Virus record (IMG/VR): IMGVR_UViG_3300002920_000061
Coordinates: 8,496-72,495 of that record
Origin: a virus
Reading direction: 5' to 3' (one strand)
DNA length: 64,000 nucleotides
Below are positions 1 through 8,793 of the stretch, in pieces; within the stretch, counting starts at the first letter, position 1; every line of letters begins with the position of its first letter. The translations under genes were made by a program, and so were the position numbers. Under the pieces are notes generated by a model. It was not told where the DNA came from and made no database searches. It worked only from the letters and a program-made list of their open reading frames with translations.

Positions 1-268
1 TGTTTAAATCAATAGTATGCAAAAAACACTGTATGTATCCACCAACGTTAAAGCCTAAAGTAAAAATCCTACCGTTTTCAGAAATAAAAACCATGTAAGG
101 ATACTGACCCACAGTGTCTGTAACAACGTCAATAAATTTATTAAGTGAAGGTCCTAACACCTGTTGGCTGCCAATAACTTTCTGGTAAATCCTACCCTGA
201 ATTGTCGTTCTTGTCTGGTCATATGTGGTACCTATTGACGCCATTAAGTCTGCATTTATGTATTTCAT
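1..268 (-). CDS. Hypothetical virion-module protein, partial (runs off the window start)
   Basis: ATG at 268 behind AAGGAG; my translation MKYINADLMASIGTTYDQTRTTIQGRIYQKVIGSQQVLGPSLNKFIDVVTDTVGQYPYMVFISENGRIFTLGFNVGGYIQCFLHTIDLN is open to base 1. Not in the ORF track. Confidence 0.7.
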   Translation of the reverse strand, partial: MKYINADLMASIGTTYDQTRTTIQGRIYQKVIGSQQVLGPSLNKFIDVVTDTVGQYPYMVFISENGRIFTLGFNVGGYIQCFLHTIDLN

Positions 269-290
269 GTTTTTCCTTTCTCCTTAAACA

Positions 291-1268
291 CTAAACTAAC
301 GACCAGTCTCCCGGTGTGTCTCTTCTATATTTGTTTCCCACAAGAGTGTATGTAAATGTTTTAACCGCAGTATAGCCCGCCCCAGTCCCAATACTAGGAG
401 CTGTGTAGGTTATCTGCGTAATCCTTTGGTTTTTTGTACCAAAATCGGCGTATGTGATTGTTCCTACCCTATCCTTTGCCTTCAGTATCTGTTGAAGACG
501 ATTGTTTACAAAAGTAAACTCTGTACCGTTTGGTTGTCCATTCTCAGTACCTGAAATCTTGATAGGTTCATCAACAAGCGATACTGGAACTGGACCAACT
601 GTTAATTTATTCAGTATGGAGTTTAATGATGTCCTAGCAACAGAGTCGATAACTGAAAGCTCACCTGTAGTATTTACATTAGCTTTATTTGACCCATTAC
701 TGATGCCAACTCTAAGATCTAAGTTAGAATCTACACGCATTACGTGTCTAATGCCAGTTGGAGTACCATTCTCAGAGCCTACACCTAATACGCTATCTGG
801 GTTTGGATTGTCAAAAGCATTAAGATTTACAGCCAAACTACCACTAAAAGATGCCTCGATAGGTAGAGGATTGGTGCTGTTGTAATAATTACCAAACTCA
901 TCAACCATAATGACACGCTTGGCGACAATAGGCTCTTCTGCGTAGGTGGCCCTATTTATTTCGTCAGGTTTTATTCCCGGCCTGTCTTGCTCATCTGCTG
1001 ATATAGTAGCTGAGTCTGCTACAAGGTAGCCAGAGATGTCTGCGTATGACCTAATATTGTCTCCTACAGGCCCTACCTTAAAAGAATTATTTGTTACAAA
1101 TCTTTTTATCTCTAGCTGTTTAGGATCTGGAAGAGCATTGGATTTGATATAGACTTTTTGTTTTACGAAGAAATCACGAGCGTCTGCAACGGTTACAACA
1201 CCGTTTGAGGTTCCATCAGCCGTAAATAGGCGTGGAGAAACGCCTTTTCGTTTTTTCTCTATAAACAT
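291..1268 (-). CDS. Putative virion structural protein
   Basis: ORF 291..1301; likely start MFIEKK at 1268; beta-rich Gly/Thr/Val composition; late motif at 1333-1342 upstream. No family recognised. Confidence 0.55.
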   Translation of the reverse strand: MFIEKKRKGVSPRLFTADGTSNGVVTVADARDFFVKQKVYIKSNALPDPKQLEIKRFVTNNSFKVGPVGDNIRSYADISGYLVADSATISADEQDRPGIKPDEINRATYAEEPIVAKRVIMVDEFGNYYNSTNPLPIEASFSGSLAVNLNAFDNPNPDSVLGVGSENGTPTGIRHVMRVDSNLDLRVGISNGSNKANVNTTGELSVIDSVARTSLNSILNKLTVGPVPVSLVDEPIKISGTENGQPNGTEFTFVNNRLQQILKAKDRVGTITYADFGTKNQRITQITYTAPSIGTGAGYTAVKTFTYTLVGNKYRRDTPGDWSLV

Positions 1269-1332
1269 TGCCCAATCCGTCCCGATACACCCCCTAGCCA
1301 TCTAGGGAATGGCAGCGTCGCCCGCTACATCT

Positions 1333-1342
1333 TAAAGATTGC
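1333..1342 (-). promoter_or_regulatory. Late-promoter motif GCAATCTTTA
   Basis: One of about 11 YAAT(C/A)TTW copies in front of structural genes. Confidence 0.55.
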
Positions 1343-1345
1343 CTC

Positions 1346-2893
1346 TTAAATATTCATTACCCAGCGTTTCTTACCACAATCCCATATTTTTGAATAGCCT
1401 AATGATTTAACCATCTCTGATTCCGTATTGCCAATAGCACCTCTTTTCAAAAGGTCCTTTTTTCTACAGCATTGTTTTGAAATTCTTCCCCCATCTTTTT
1501 TTACATATGAATAATCAGGGCCTAGCTCATCTTCTAAAAAGAAGCCAAGAGCTGCATAGACCTTCCCCTCAGACCACCTATTGTCAGACCAAGACAAGAT
1601 TTTTTCGTATCCCATAGGCTTTAGTAAACTTATAGCAAAAGATAAAAGCTTTGATGCCCCTCCATGAACAGTGTGGTTATGAAGGAAAGCCAATCGGTTA
1701 AGAACCACTACCTTGCTTTCAGAACCTCTATGATGAGGGCCAAAGCTCATACAACCCACCATGGTTCCGTCTTTTGTATATAGGCCAATATGCAATATGG
1801 TAGTTGAAGGCCTACCTTGGATATGGTTATCTTCATAAAACTTGTTAGCCATTTCTTTGTCTGCGACTTTAACCACAGTATTTCGTCCATGAATCTTATA
1901 TTGGTTTTGATTCATAACAGATAGTAAAAAGTTTTTGACCTGATCTTGTCTTTCTAGCCATTCATCTTCAAAGATCGTTATAAGACGAATTCCTTCTGAG
2001 TTTGCTTCTTTCATTTTGTTTATGTGGTAGGTGCGATTTTTACCAGATTCTTCTGTATGCCAATGAAGGCCACAGTATTCTATGCCTAGTTTTAAAGACG
2101 GGATAAAGATGTCGATTTCTTTCTTTTTTGTAGTATTGTTTGGAAATTTATATTTACAAGTTGTAAATCCTAAAGATTCAATCCAACTTTTTACCTGCTC
2201 TTCTTGCCTAGAAACTCCTCTATTAGAGCAGGTAGGGCATTCCTGAGATTCAAAAAGTTTTAATCTGGTTTCTCTTATATTCCCACATTTCTCGTGACGA
2301 GCCTTAAGAGGCTTTCCTATTTTAGTGAAACCCTCAACATATTCATATCCTAAATTTTTAAGGAACGCAGTGACCATAGAAAGGTCCCAGCGAGTACCGC
2401 TTTTACCTCTAGGGTCGCCTTGGTACAATTTTGATGAGCTTTTTCTATAAATAAAACCATCTTCAGTTTGTATTATGTATTTTTTATTTTCAAAGCCAAT
2501 AACTTTTCCACTTCCAGCTGGCATTCTTTTAGTGGCCTCTTCAAATGATAAAACCTTGTCTTCGATTGCTGCTTGTGCTCTAGTTCTGACTTTATCCCTA
2601 ACACCTAACAAATCTGCCCATTTCTGAGCTGTGCTAGGACTAATTCCTACTTTTATACGAGCTTCTGTTATGGTTTTACCTTCTTCCAAAAGCTTCTTAA
2701 ATTCCTCTTTTTTAAGATCATTTTTTGATTCTTGGCGATTTGAAGGATTTAAATTAAGTTTTTTACACCAATAGCGTATCGTTTCCTTATTAAATCCCAT
2801 AATTTGGGAAATTTGAAGTTTGCTATGGCCATTCTCAACTAAATTTCTTAATCTTGTCTCTGTTTCTATGTCTAACTTAGAATTTCGTGGCAT
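1346..2893 (-). CDS. Homing-endonuclease-like protein: HTH repeats, Zn ribbon, Vsr/DUF559-like PD-(D/E)XK nuclease, C-terminal GNAT(Mom)-like domain (Hef-like architecture)
   Basis: EKCG..CPTC; SRQEEQV; EIDIFIPSLKLGIEYCGLHWH; LITIFEDEW; VLNRLAF..GGASKLL..SWSDNRWSEGKVY..LGF. Confidence 0.75.
   Translation of the reverse strand: MPRNSKLDIETETRLRNLVENGHSKLQISQIMGFNKETIRYWCKKLNLNPSNRQESKNDLKKEEFKKLLEEGKTITEARIKVGISPSTAQKWADLLGVRDKVRTRAQAAIEDKVLSFEEATKRMPAGSGKVIGFENKKYIIQTEDGFIYRKSSSKLYQGDPRGKSGTRWDLSMVTAFLKNLGYEYVEGFTKIGKPLKARHEKCGNIRETRLKLFESQECPTCSNRGVSRQEEQVKSWIESLGFTTCKYKFPNNTTKKKEIDIFIPSLKLGIEYCGLHWHTEESGKNRTYHINKMKEANSEGIRLITIFEDEWLERQDQVKNFLLSVMNQNQYKIHGRNTVVKVADKEMANKFYEDNHIQGRPSTTILHIGLYTKDGTMVGCMSFGPHHRGSESKVVVLNRLAFLHNHTVHGGASKLLSFAISLLKPMGYEKILSWSDNRWSEGKVYAALGFFLEDELGPDYSYVKKDGGRISKQCCRKKDLLKRGAIGNTESEMVKSLGYSKIWDCGKKRWVMNI
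1370..1453. repeat. 84-bp dispersed repeat, copy 1 (copy 2 at 6839-6922)
   Basis: 81/84 identical by direct comparison; encodes the shared C-terminus GAIGNTESEM.KSLGYSKIWDCGK. Confidence 0.95.
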
Positions 2894-2908
2894 CTGGTCA
2901 CCTCAAGT

Positions 2909-2918
2909 ACAATATTGC
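2909..2918 (-). promoter_or_regulatory. Promoter of endonuclease 1 (GCAATATTGT late-motif variant; also TTGACT-17-CAATAT)
   Basis: Directly upstream of the GAGGTG RBS and ATG 2893. Confidence 0.45.
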
Positions 2919-2942
2919 CACTTTTAATATGAAAAGTCAAAT

Positions 2943-2974
2943 AAAAAACCCCAGATATTTTCTATCTGGGGTTT
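2943..2974 (-). terminator. Intrinsic terminator after the major capsid gene
   Basis: 12-bp inverted repeat AAACCCCAGATA/TATCTGGGGTTT followed by a T-run on the minus strand. Confidence 0.85.
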
Positions 2975-2995
2975 ACGCCTAACTATGCGAATTTA

Positions 2996-4387
2996 TTAGG
3001 CTAATTGACCAGTAATGTTATCTAAGATCACATTCTTGCGTGGCTGGTACACTGCCAAGCATAAGAATCGGAAGTGCGCCTCAGGCAAGCTAAGATCGCT
3101 AACAGCGAGCTTAAGTTTGCTGTATGGAGCTAACTGATGTAATGCCATTGTGTCTTTTTGTAAGAGGTAAGCAGTTACGAAACCGGGAGACTTATTGCCT
3201 AGGTCAACAAATACTGGGTTACCAGATCCTTGACGGATACGACCGATAAACTTAACATCATTAGCAGATCCATTTTTATTTGAACGATATACGTTGTAGT
3301 ATTGTGCGCCTGAAACAGCAACGATAGTTAAATTAACTGCGTCACCAGTAGTAGTGACGGTTGCAGAAACAGCAGCAGATATAGCTGATTCGCCACGCAT
3401 ATTAACCGCAGTTACTCGGTATTGGTAAGTACCAGCTTCAAGCAATGATCCAGCACCTGTAGTAATAGTAGGTGTATTAAGAGTAGGAGCAGCAGGGCTG
3501 CCAGCACGACTACGAGCAGGTCTAGTCTTACCAGATAAGAATCTGCTAGGCTCAAGTTGGATTGCCCCTGAAGCAGTCCATTGTTGGCGCAAGCTCGCAC
3601 CTGTAGACTCTTGAGGAGATCCAGCAAGGATGATTCGTTCTTTAGAGTTAGCGATCTTGTTGTAAGTTGATAAACTGATTGGGTCAAGGTGAAGACTATC
3701 AGCAGCACCCATGTTCATAGCAGATCGAACTGCGGCATCTTCAATGATAGATTGAGAAAGACCGCCATTAACTGCTAAAACAACAGATTGGTCAGATCCA
3801 AACTCAGCAAACATTAAATCTTGAGTGTTTGACTGGTCGTCAGATTGACGAATCTGTTGGTCAAGACCAACCATGTTTGGAATTTGCGCAACAGCTAATG
3901 GGTTTCCATCAAACTGTCCAGCGTTTGAGAAGTGAGCCTGACCGTGGAAGATATCAAACTCAATATCGCCTGCTAGTTTTTTAGTAGCGTCTTCAGCAGC
4001 ACGATCTTCAGCTTTAACACCATCAAATGGTGTGATCATGTTGGCAGCTATAGTCACTCGACGAGTAGTGCTGTAGTATGCCATAGGAACAACGGCTCGT
4101 ACATAAGAGCTGGTTTCTTCCTCTCCAATTCCGCCTTCAAACTGAGCAGAACCACCAAAAATTCCGTAGTCAAGTTGTCTGTTGAATTGAATCAACTGAG
4201 ACTTGCTATCTTTTACTGCTAGAGACTTTTGCATTTTAATATGCTGGTCTCCAAAAGTTACGTTATGCATTACTGGAGAGAGGTCTTCAATTTGTAACGC
4301 AGCACCTTGCACCAAAGTACTAGGTGCGGCATTTTGAGAGCCTGCTTCCAATGCTTTCATTAGGGATTGTAAATTTTCTGTAAGCAT
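2996..4387 (-). CDS. Major capsid protein (phage K/A511/SPO1-like, with FN3/Ig-like insertion)
   Basis: 463 aa; QGAALQIEDL, DIEFDIFHG, PAAP..YQYRVTAVN.RGES insertion and LAVYQPRKN C-terminus parallel Herelleviridae-type MCPs; follows an acidic scaffold-like gene. Confidence 0.9.
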   Translation of the reverse strand: MLTENLQSLMKALEAGSQNAAPSTLVQGAALQIEDLSPVMHNVTFGDQHIKMQKSLAVKDSKSQLIQFNRQLDYGIFGGSAQFEGGIGEEETSSYVRAVVPMAYYSTTRRVTIAANMITPFDGVKAEDRAAEDATKKLAGDIEFDIFHGQAHFSNAGQFDGNPLAVAQIPNMVGLDQQIRQSDDQSNTQDLMFAEFGSDQSVVLAVNGGLSQSIIEDAAVRSAMNMGAADSLHLDPISLSTYNKIANSKERIILAGSPQESTGASLRQQWTASGAIQLEPSRFLSGKTRPARSRAGSPAAPTLNTPTITTGAGSLLEAGTYQYRVTAVNMRGESAISAAVSATVTTTGDAVNLTIVAVSGAQYYNVYRSNKNGSANDVKFIGRIRQGSGNPVFVDLGNKSPGFVTAYLLQKDTMALHQLAPYSKLKLAVSDLSLPEAHFRFLCLAVYQPRKNVILDNITGQLA

Positions 4388-4407
4388 TTTATTCGCTCCT
4401 TTTGTTG

Positions 4408-5181
4408 CTATTTAAGCAGGTGCGCGATTTTGTCGACACCAGCATTGGTTAAATAGAATGAGTTTATTGCCGCTCGGTCTTGAGGTGAAGTTTTGGGATC
4501 TTGGGCTTTTTTTGTCAAGATCGCATCGATCTCAGACTTAGTAAGCTTTTTCTCCACACTTCCCTCCTCAGACTTCTTCACGAACTCAATTTCCGTGATG
4601 GCCTTGCGGACAGGGGCCTGTTTTTTGGTCACATATGTGTTAATTGCAGCAACGAGTCCCTCAATATTCTTTTTAAGAGTTTCGTTTTCTTTCTTAACAC
4701 TTTCTAGCTCAGACTTAAGAAGAGTAGATACGTCGTTTTTAGCAGAGGCTGCTTCAGATTTAGCCATCTGAGTCATCTCTCCACATTTTGCCATCCAGCA
4801 TTTTTCAATGGCGTCTTTGTGAGCTTTTAACTCACCTTTTGACATAGAGCTGTACATCTTGTGCATTTCTTCCATGTCTTCTTCGTCGTATCCATGAGAC
4901 TCATCGTCTTCTTCTTCTTCTTTTTCTTTTTTCTCTTCGTCCTTTTTATCTTCAGTTTCTGACTCTTCTTTTTTCATTTCAGACTCAGCTTCTGATTTAG
5001 ATTCTTCCTTGGACTCTTCTTTTTTCTCTTCTTCTTTTTTCTCTTCTTCCTCGGCCATCTCTTCAGACTTTGCCAAGAGCTGAGCTGCTTCTTGTTCTGA
5101 CTTCAAAAGTTTCATGAACTCAGATTCAAGATCTGCGACCATTGCTTGGAATTCTTCTTTGCTATAGGTCTTTTTTTCCAT
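4408..5181 (-). CDS. Capsid scaffold-like protein
   Basis: Very acidic, coiled-coil, immediately upstream of the MCP; contains seven KSE motifs. Confidence 0.7.
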   Translation of the reverse strand: MEKKTYSKEEFQAMVADLESEFMKLLKSEQEAAQLLAKSEEMAEEEEKKEEEKKEESKEESKSEAESEMKKEESETEDKKDEEKKEKEEEEDDESHGYDEEDMEEMHKMYSSMSKGELKAHKDAIEKCWMAKCGEMTQMAKSEAASAKNDVSTLLKSELESVKKENETLKKNIEGLVAAINTYVTKKQAPVRKAITEIEFVKKSEEGSVEKKLTKSEIDAILTKKAQDPKTSPQDRAAINSFYLTNAGVDKIAHLLK

Positions 5182-5211
5182 CTCAGCCTCCTTAAGGGTT
5201 GGTATTTATAT

Positions 5212-5694
5212 TTATACGCCCTTAGTAGGCCATTGTAACCAGTCAAGTTCTAACGCAATTGCGGCAGAGTTGACGTTAGTTTCTGTAACTGCACCAGAAA
5301 GTTCTTTAACTTGAACTTTAACGCCAAGTTTGGCAATTTCAAACATAACTTTAGTAAGGTCTAAATGAGACGGGTAGAGCTTAGCGGTAGTAGTAGCAGT
5401 AGCATTGTTATACTCATAAGCTAACTCGCACAAGTGAGGTGCGTAAGCTTTTAAATCATTACCAAAAATATCTTTAGATATTGCATCGATTTGTTTGATG
5501 CGGATAAAAATTACAGGGTTTGTTGCTGTTTCAGTTCCGTTATCGGAAAGAACTAGGTAAGGATACCCTTCAGAATCCCTTGCTTCTCGAACCGTGTCAA
5601 CAAAACCTGATGAGGTACCTGCAATACGTACCTTTAGGTTTTCGGCCAACTGGCGAACGAGAGCATCAGCTTTAGCAAGATTTTTTATTGCCAT
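5212..5694 (-). CDS. Head-module protein (possible capsid decoration protein)
   Basis: First gene of the scaffold-MCP operon, strong AAGGAG RBS; function inferred from position only. Confidence 0.45.
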   Translation of the reverse strand: MAIKNLAKADALVRQLAENLKVRIAGTSSGFVDTVREARDSEGYPYLVLSDNGTETATNPVIFIRIKQIDAISKDIFGNDLKAYAPHLCELAYEYNNATATTTAKLYPSHLDLTKVMFEIAKLGVKVQVKELSGAVTETNVNSAAIALELDWLQWPTKGV

Positions 5695-5755
5695 CTTATA
5701 GCTCCTTTTTGTTTGTTATATAGGCAAAGCACCACGCCATGCCTGTTTGATATTG

Positions 5756-5765
5756 TAAATATTAC
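5756..5765 (-). promoter_or_regulatory. Late-motif variant GTAATATTTA upstream of the capsid operon
   Basis: Best motif match in the 5695-5930 intergenic region. Confidence 0.4.
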
Positions 5766-5838
5766 CGTCCGACGATAAAAGCGCACAATTTCAATTATTT
5801 ACGTTAAATTTTCAAAAAACTCCCCGTCATTACAATTA

Positions 5839-5881
5839 CATAAAAATTTATGATTCTTATAAGAAGCAAACTATAGTTTGC
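5839..5881. promoter_or_regulatory. Cluster of adjacent palindromes (operator- or origin-like)
   Basis: CATAAAAATTTATG (imperfect, 5839-5852), TTCTTATAAGAA (5854-5865) and GCAAACTATAGTTTGC (5866-5881) in an AT-rich divergent intergenic region. Confidence 0.45.
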
Positions 5882-5932
5882 AGTTTCTATGAAGCTTATA
5901 TATTCTTATTGTAAATCATGATATTATACCCA

Positions 5933-6106
5933 ATAGGTTTTATAACCCTAAGGGTGCTCTAAGGCAGGTCTGCATTATGCCAAGCCCTTTTATAGGTAAA
6001 GGCTCTGGCATTAAGAGTAAGCTCAATGCAAAACCAGCCTTTCTGTGAAGCAGGAATTTATCAGGAGATTTGCCCAGTAATGGGCAAGTTTGCATAGGTA
6101 TGATGG
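5933..6106 (+). ncRNA. Structured RNA element, copy A (tmk leader)
   Basis: Follows TGATATTAT (5919-5927); 5994-6106 is about 80% identical to 38645-38754; ends in an AGAUUUGCCCA-GUAA-UGGGCAAGUUU hairpin. Confidence 0.6.
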
Positions 6107-6780
6107 AACAACAAAAACGAAGCATTATTAAAATTGATTTTGAAGGGATAGATGGCGCAGGGAAAACCACTGGTCTGAAATTCTTTATTAATCTAGCCAA
6201 GGAAATTGGCTTAAATGTGGTAGAAACTAGGGAGGTTGGTAATCCACATATCCCAGTTTGTTTAAAGTTGCGTGAGGTTGTATTAGCTCCTGAAAACAAT
6301 TTATCAGGTGAAGCAATGGAGTGTATCTTCTCTGCTATGAGGATCGAAAATGACGCTTGGTTAAAGCGTTTGGAGAGCACTGACAATAGCCCTGACTTAA
6401 TAGCGTCTGATCGAGGCTGGCTTTCACATTTGGCGTATACAGACCATAATGTCTCTCCTCAATTTACTGAGGCCTTGTATGAGAATTTTATAGGGAACAT
6501 AACAATGCTGCCTGATGCCATAATTTACTTTGACGTAAGTCCTGAAACTTCCCTTAAAAGACGAATAAATCGTGGAAAGTCTATGGATGTCATTGAAACA
6601 AAGGGTATAGAGTTTCAAGATAAAGTGCGTCAATCTTTCCACAAATATATTCAAATATATCAGGATAAGATACCGATCTATGTGGTAGACGCTAATAAAG
6701 ACATAAAAGATGTGAAAGTGCAATTAACGTCTATTTTTATAGAGATTTATAAGGTTTTAGTATTGCCAGAAAAAATATAA
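6100..6780 (+). CDS. tmk: Thymidylate (dTMP) kinase
   Basis: FEGIDGAGKTT P-loop, TREVG, SDRGWLSHLAY, lid SLKRRINR; start probably MMEQQ at 6100 or 6103. Confidence 0.9.
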   Translation: MMEQQKRSIIKIDFEGIDGAGKTTGLKFFINLAKEIGLNVVETREVGNPHIPVCLKLREVVLAPENNLSGEAMECIFSAMRIENDAWLKRLESTDNSPDLIASDRGWLSHLAYTDHNVSPQFTEALYENFIGNITMLPDAIIYFDVSPETSLKRRINRGKSMDVIETKGIEFQDKVRQSFHKYIQIYQDKIPIYVVDANKDIKDVKVQLTSIFIEIYKVLVLPEKI

Positions 6781-6814
6781 AAATAGGGGCATTAACGGCG
6801 CTTAAATTGCGTTT

Positions 6815-8245
6815 TTATAATTTCAAAGACCATTTGACCTTACCACAATCCCATATTTTTGAATAGCCTAATGATTTAGCCATTTCTGATTCCGTATTGC
6901 CAATAGCACCTTTTTTCAAAAGATACTTCTTTTGACATGATTGCTTTGATAAGCGTACTGGGTTTCCTAGTTTGAAATATGAATAATCGGGTCCTAACTT
7001 TTCAGGGGTCATGCCTAATTCTCTATAGACGTTCCCCTTAGACCACCTATTGTCAGACCAAGACACTAGATAATCAAAGCCTAATTTGCGTGATTCTATA
7101 ATAATTTGCTTTAAAAGCTTCCCAGTGCCTCCAACAACAGCTTTATCAGCAAAACATACCCTACTCAAAACAGCTTCAGATCTGCTTGGCCTGTGGTGTT
7201 TAGAAATAGTGGCGCAAGCGACAATTTCTCCTTCAAATTCCAAACCTAGGGCAATCAGAAAATTGCACGCACTTTGTAAGTGGTGCTGGTTTAGAAAATC
7301 TATCGCTGTCCTTTTATCTAAAAAGACTGTTTTTGTTTTTCTGGCGTATATTTTAGGCAACAGATTAAGCTTTGCCTTTAAGATAGTTTTTATTTGATTT
7401 TTGCGCTCAAACCATTCGTCTTCAAAAATCGTTATTAGCTGTATGCCATTTTTAGCGCACAAATCATGCTTATCTTTGTGATAATTTTTTCCCTTTTTTT
7501 CTTCGGAATGCCAGTACAATCCGCAATATTCTATTGCAATCTTTTTAGAAGGTATATATATGTCTAGTTCCTGCCCATCTAGGATGGTTCGGTTGTTTTT
7601 TTCAATTTGAAGACCTAAAGATTCAATAAAAAGCGATAGTTCGATCTCTCCCTTAGAGCCAAAAGAAGAGCATCGATAACATTTGTGCCCTTGGTCTAAT
7701 GAATTGTAAGTAGTTTCAAACTCACCATGCTTAGAGCATATAGCAACAAATTTGGTTTTGGTATTTTTTATATTTTGATTATCCTTGATAGTGTAGCCAA
7801 GCTCTTTTGCTTTCTTTAAATAGGCATCGTAACTAAGTTGGTTGGGGTGCCCATTGCGATATCTGCATTTTATGCATCCTGTCGAGTTTCTTAGCTGAAA
7901 AGATGTTTTTTTATGTCTATGGCCACATTGACACGTTACGTCGATTTTCATTTTTTTAGAATGACTTTTCTCGTACTCTTCCTTAGTGGTGTGCACTAAA
8001 AAATGGTTCTTTGCAGCAAGGTCTACTAAAGTGTTGTAGGGTATTTTTTGTAATGCTGCTTTTGCTGCTTTGCAAGAAGGGCAACCGGAATTTCTATGTC
8101 TAAAATTAGACCAGCTGGCTTTGAATTCCCCATGTTTTGTACATAACAACGTTATTTTGTTATCTGGACCTGAGTCTGAGATTAATTTATAGCCACGGCT
8201 TTCTGCAAATATTTGTTTTCTTTCAAAAGAAATTTTTATTCCCAT
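6815..8245 (-). CDS. Second endonuclease-GNAT protein with CxKHGEF zinc-ribbon repeats
   Basis: CTKHGEF..CPSC and CSKHGEF..CYRC; ELDIYIPSKKIAIEYCGLYWH; LITIFEDEW; LSRVCF..GGTGKLL..SWSDNRWSKGNVY; start MGIKIS at 8245. Confidence 0.75.
   Translation of the reverse strand: MGIKISFERKQIFAESRGYKLISDSGPDNKITLLCTKHGEFKASWSNFRHRNSGCPSCKAAKAALQKIPYNTLVDLAAKNHFLVHTTKEEYEKSHSKKMKIDVTCQCGHRHKKTSFQLRNSTGCIKCRYRNGHPNQLSYDAYLKKAKELGYTIKDNQNIKNTKTKFVAICSKHGEFETTYNSLDQGHKCYRCSSFGSKGEIELSLFIESLGLQIEKNNRTILDGQELDIYIPSKKIAIEYCGLYWHSEEKKGKNYHKDKHDLCAKNGIQLITIFEDEWFERKNQIKTILKAKLNLLPKIYARKTKTVFLDKRTAIDFLNQHHLQSACNFLIALGLEFEGEIVACATISKHHRPSRSEAVLSRVCFADKAVVGGTGKLLKQIIIESRKLGFDYLVSWSDNRWSKGNVYRELGMTPEKLGPDYSYFKLGNPVRLSKQSCQKKYLLKKGAIGNTESEMAKSLGYSKIWDCGKVKWSLKL
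6839..6922. repeat. 84-bp dispersed repeat, copy 2
   Basis: 81/84 identical to 1370-1453; a second shared block (7032-7065 vs 1563-1596) is 33/34 identical. Confidence 0.95.
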
Positions 8246-8249
8246 GTAT

Positions 8250-8259
8250 AAAAGATTAT
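8250..8259 (-). promoter_or_regulatory. Late motif ATAATCTTTT, 6 nt before ATG 8245
   Basis: AATCTT-TTATAC-ATG; no Shine-Dalgarno visible. Confidence 0.5.
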
Positions 8260-8273
8260 ATCTTACATGGGCA

Positions 8274-8300
8274 TAAAAATAAAGCCCCAATTAAGGGGCC
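8274..8300 (-). terminator. Intrinsic terminator after the tail tube gene
   Basis: GCCCC/GGGGC stem followed by TTTATTTTT on the minus strand. Confidence 0.75.
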
Positions 8301-8329
8301 TAGATAAAAGCTGTAAGTATTTGAATTTA

Positions 8330-8776
8330 TTAAGGAAGTGAAGTAGCGCCAGATTCTTCTTGATCACCCGATTCGTCGGTGACCTTCAATCCAACATAAG
8401 TTATTGATATACGAGAAGTCGCACGGGCGTTTACACCTGTGCTGTAACTGTTCGGTATACAACCAGTGGCAGTCATGATAAGCTCACCAGTCTGACGATC
8501 TCGGATAGAGATTGTCACAGGACCTAGATTCAAGAGGTCTTGAAGCTTAGGCATTTTAGGAAGTATGTGAACTCCCTGACCAACAACCCTGAAGCCAGAA
8601 CAGTTAATAGTTACGGCTTCGTAGGAAGTCGGAGCGATCTCGTCTGCGCCGAATCTGCCAAGAATGTGTATAGGTTCAGTACCGATGTTTACTCCGTAGG
8701 AGCAGCTCTCAAATAGCCCTACGACTTGGTTGTCTACGCTAACTACTGCTCTGGGGCCTGTAAGTGTCTTTGCCAT
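8330..8776 (-). CDS. Tail tube protein
   Basis: 148 aa directly after the sheath; VVGLFESCSYG..GTEPIHILG..IMTATGC pattern matches phage K/SPO1-type tubes. Confidence 0.8.
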   Translation of the reverse strand: MAKTLTGPRAVVSVDNQVVGLFESCSYGVNIGTEPIHILGRFGADEIAPTSYEAVTINCSGFRVVGQGVHILPKMPKLQDLLNLGPVTISIRDRQTGELIMTATGCIPNSYSTGVNARATSRISITYVGLKVTDESGDQEESGATSLP

Positions 8777-8793
8777 TTTAGTCTCCTAATTAC

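Noticed and set aside
2996-4387. FN3/Ig-like insertion in the MCP as a novelty
   Set aside because: An equivalent insertion is a known feature of phage K/A511-type capsid proteins.
4860-5070. TCT/TTC low-complexity tract
   Set aside because: Encodes the Glu/Lys-rich scaffold linker.
5940-6386. 148-aa minus-strand ORF and TTG start at 6070
   Set aside because: Antisense to tmk and running through the conserved structured element; no RBS support.
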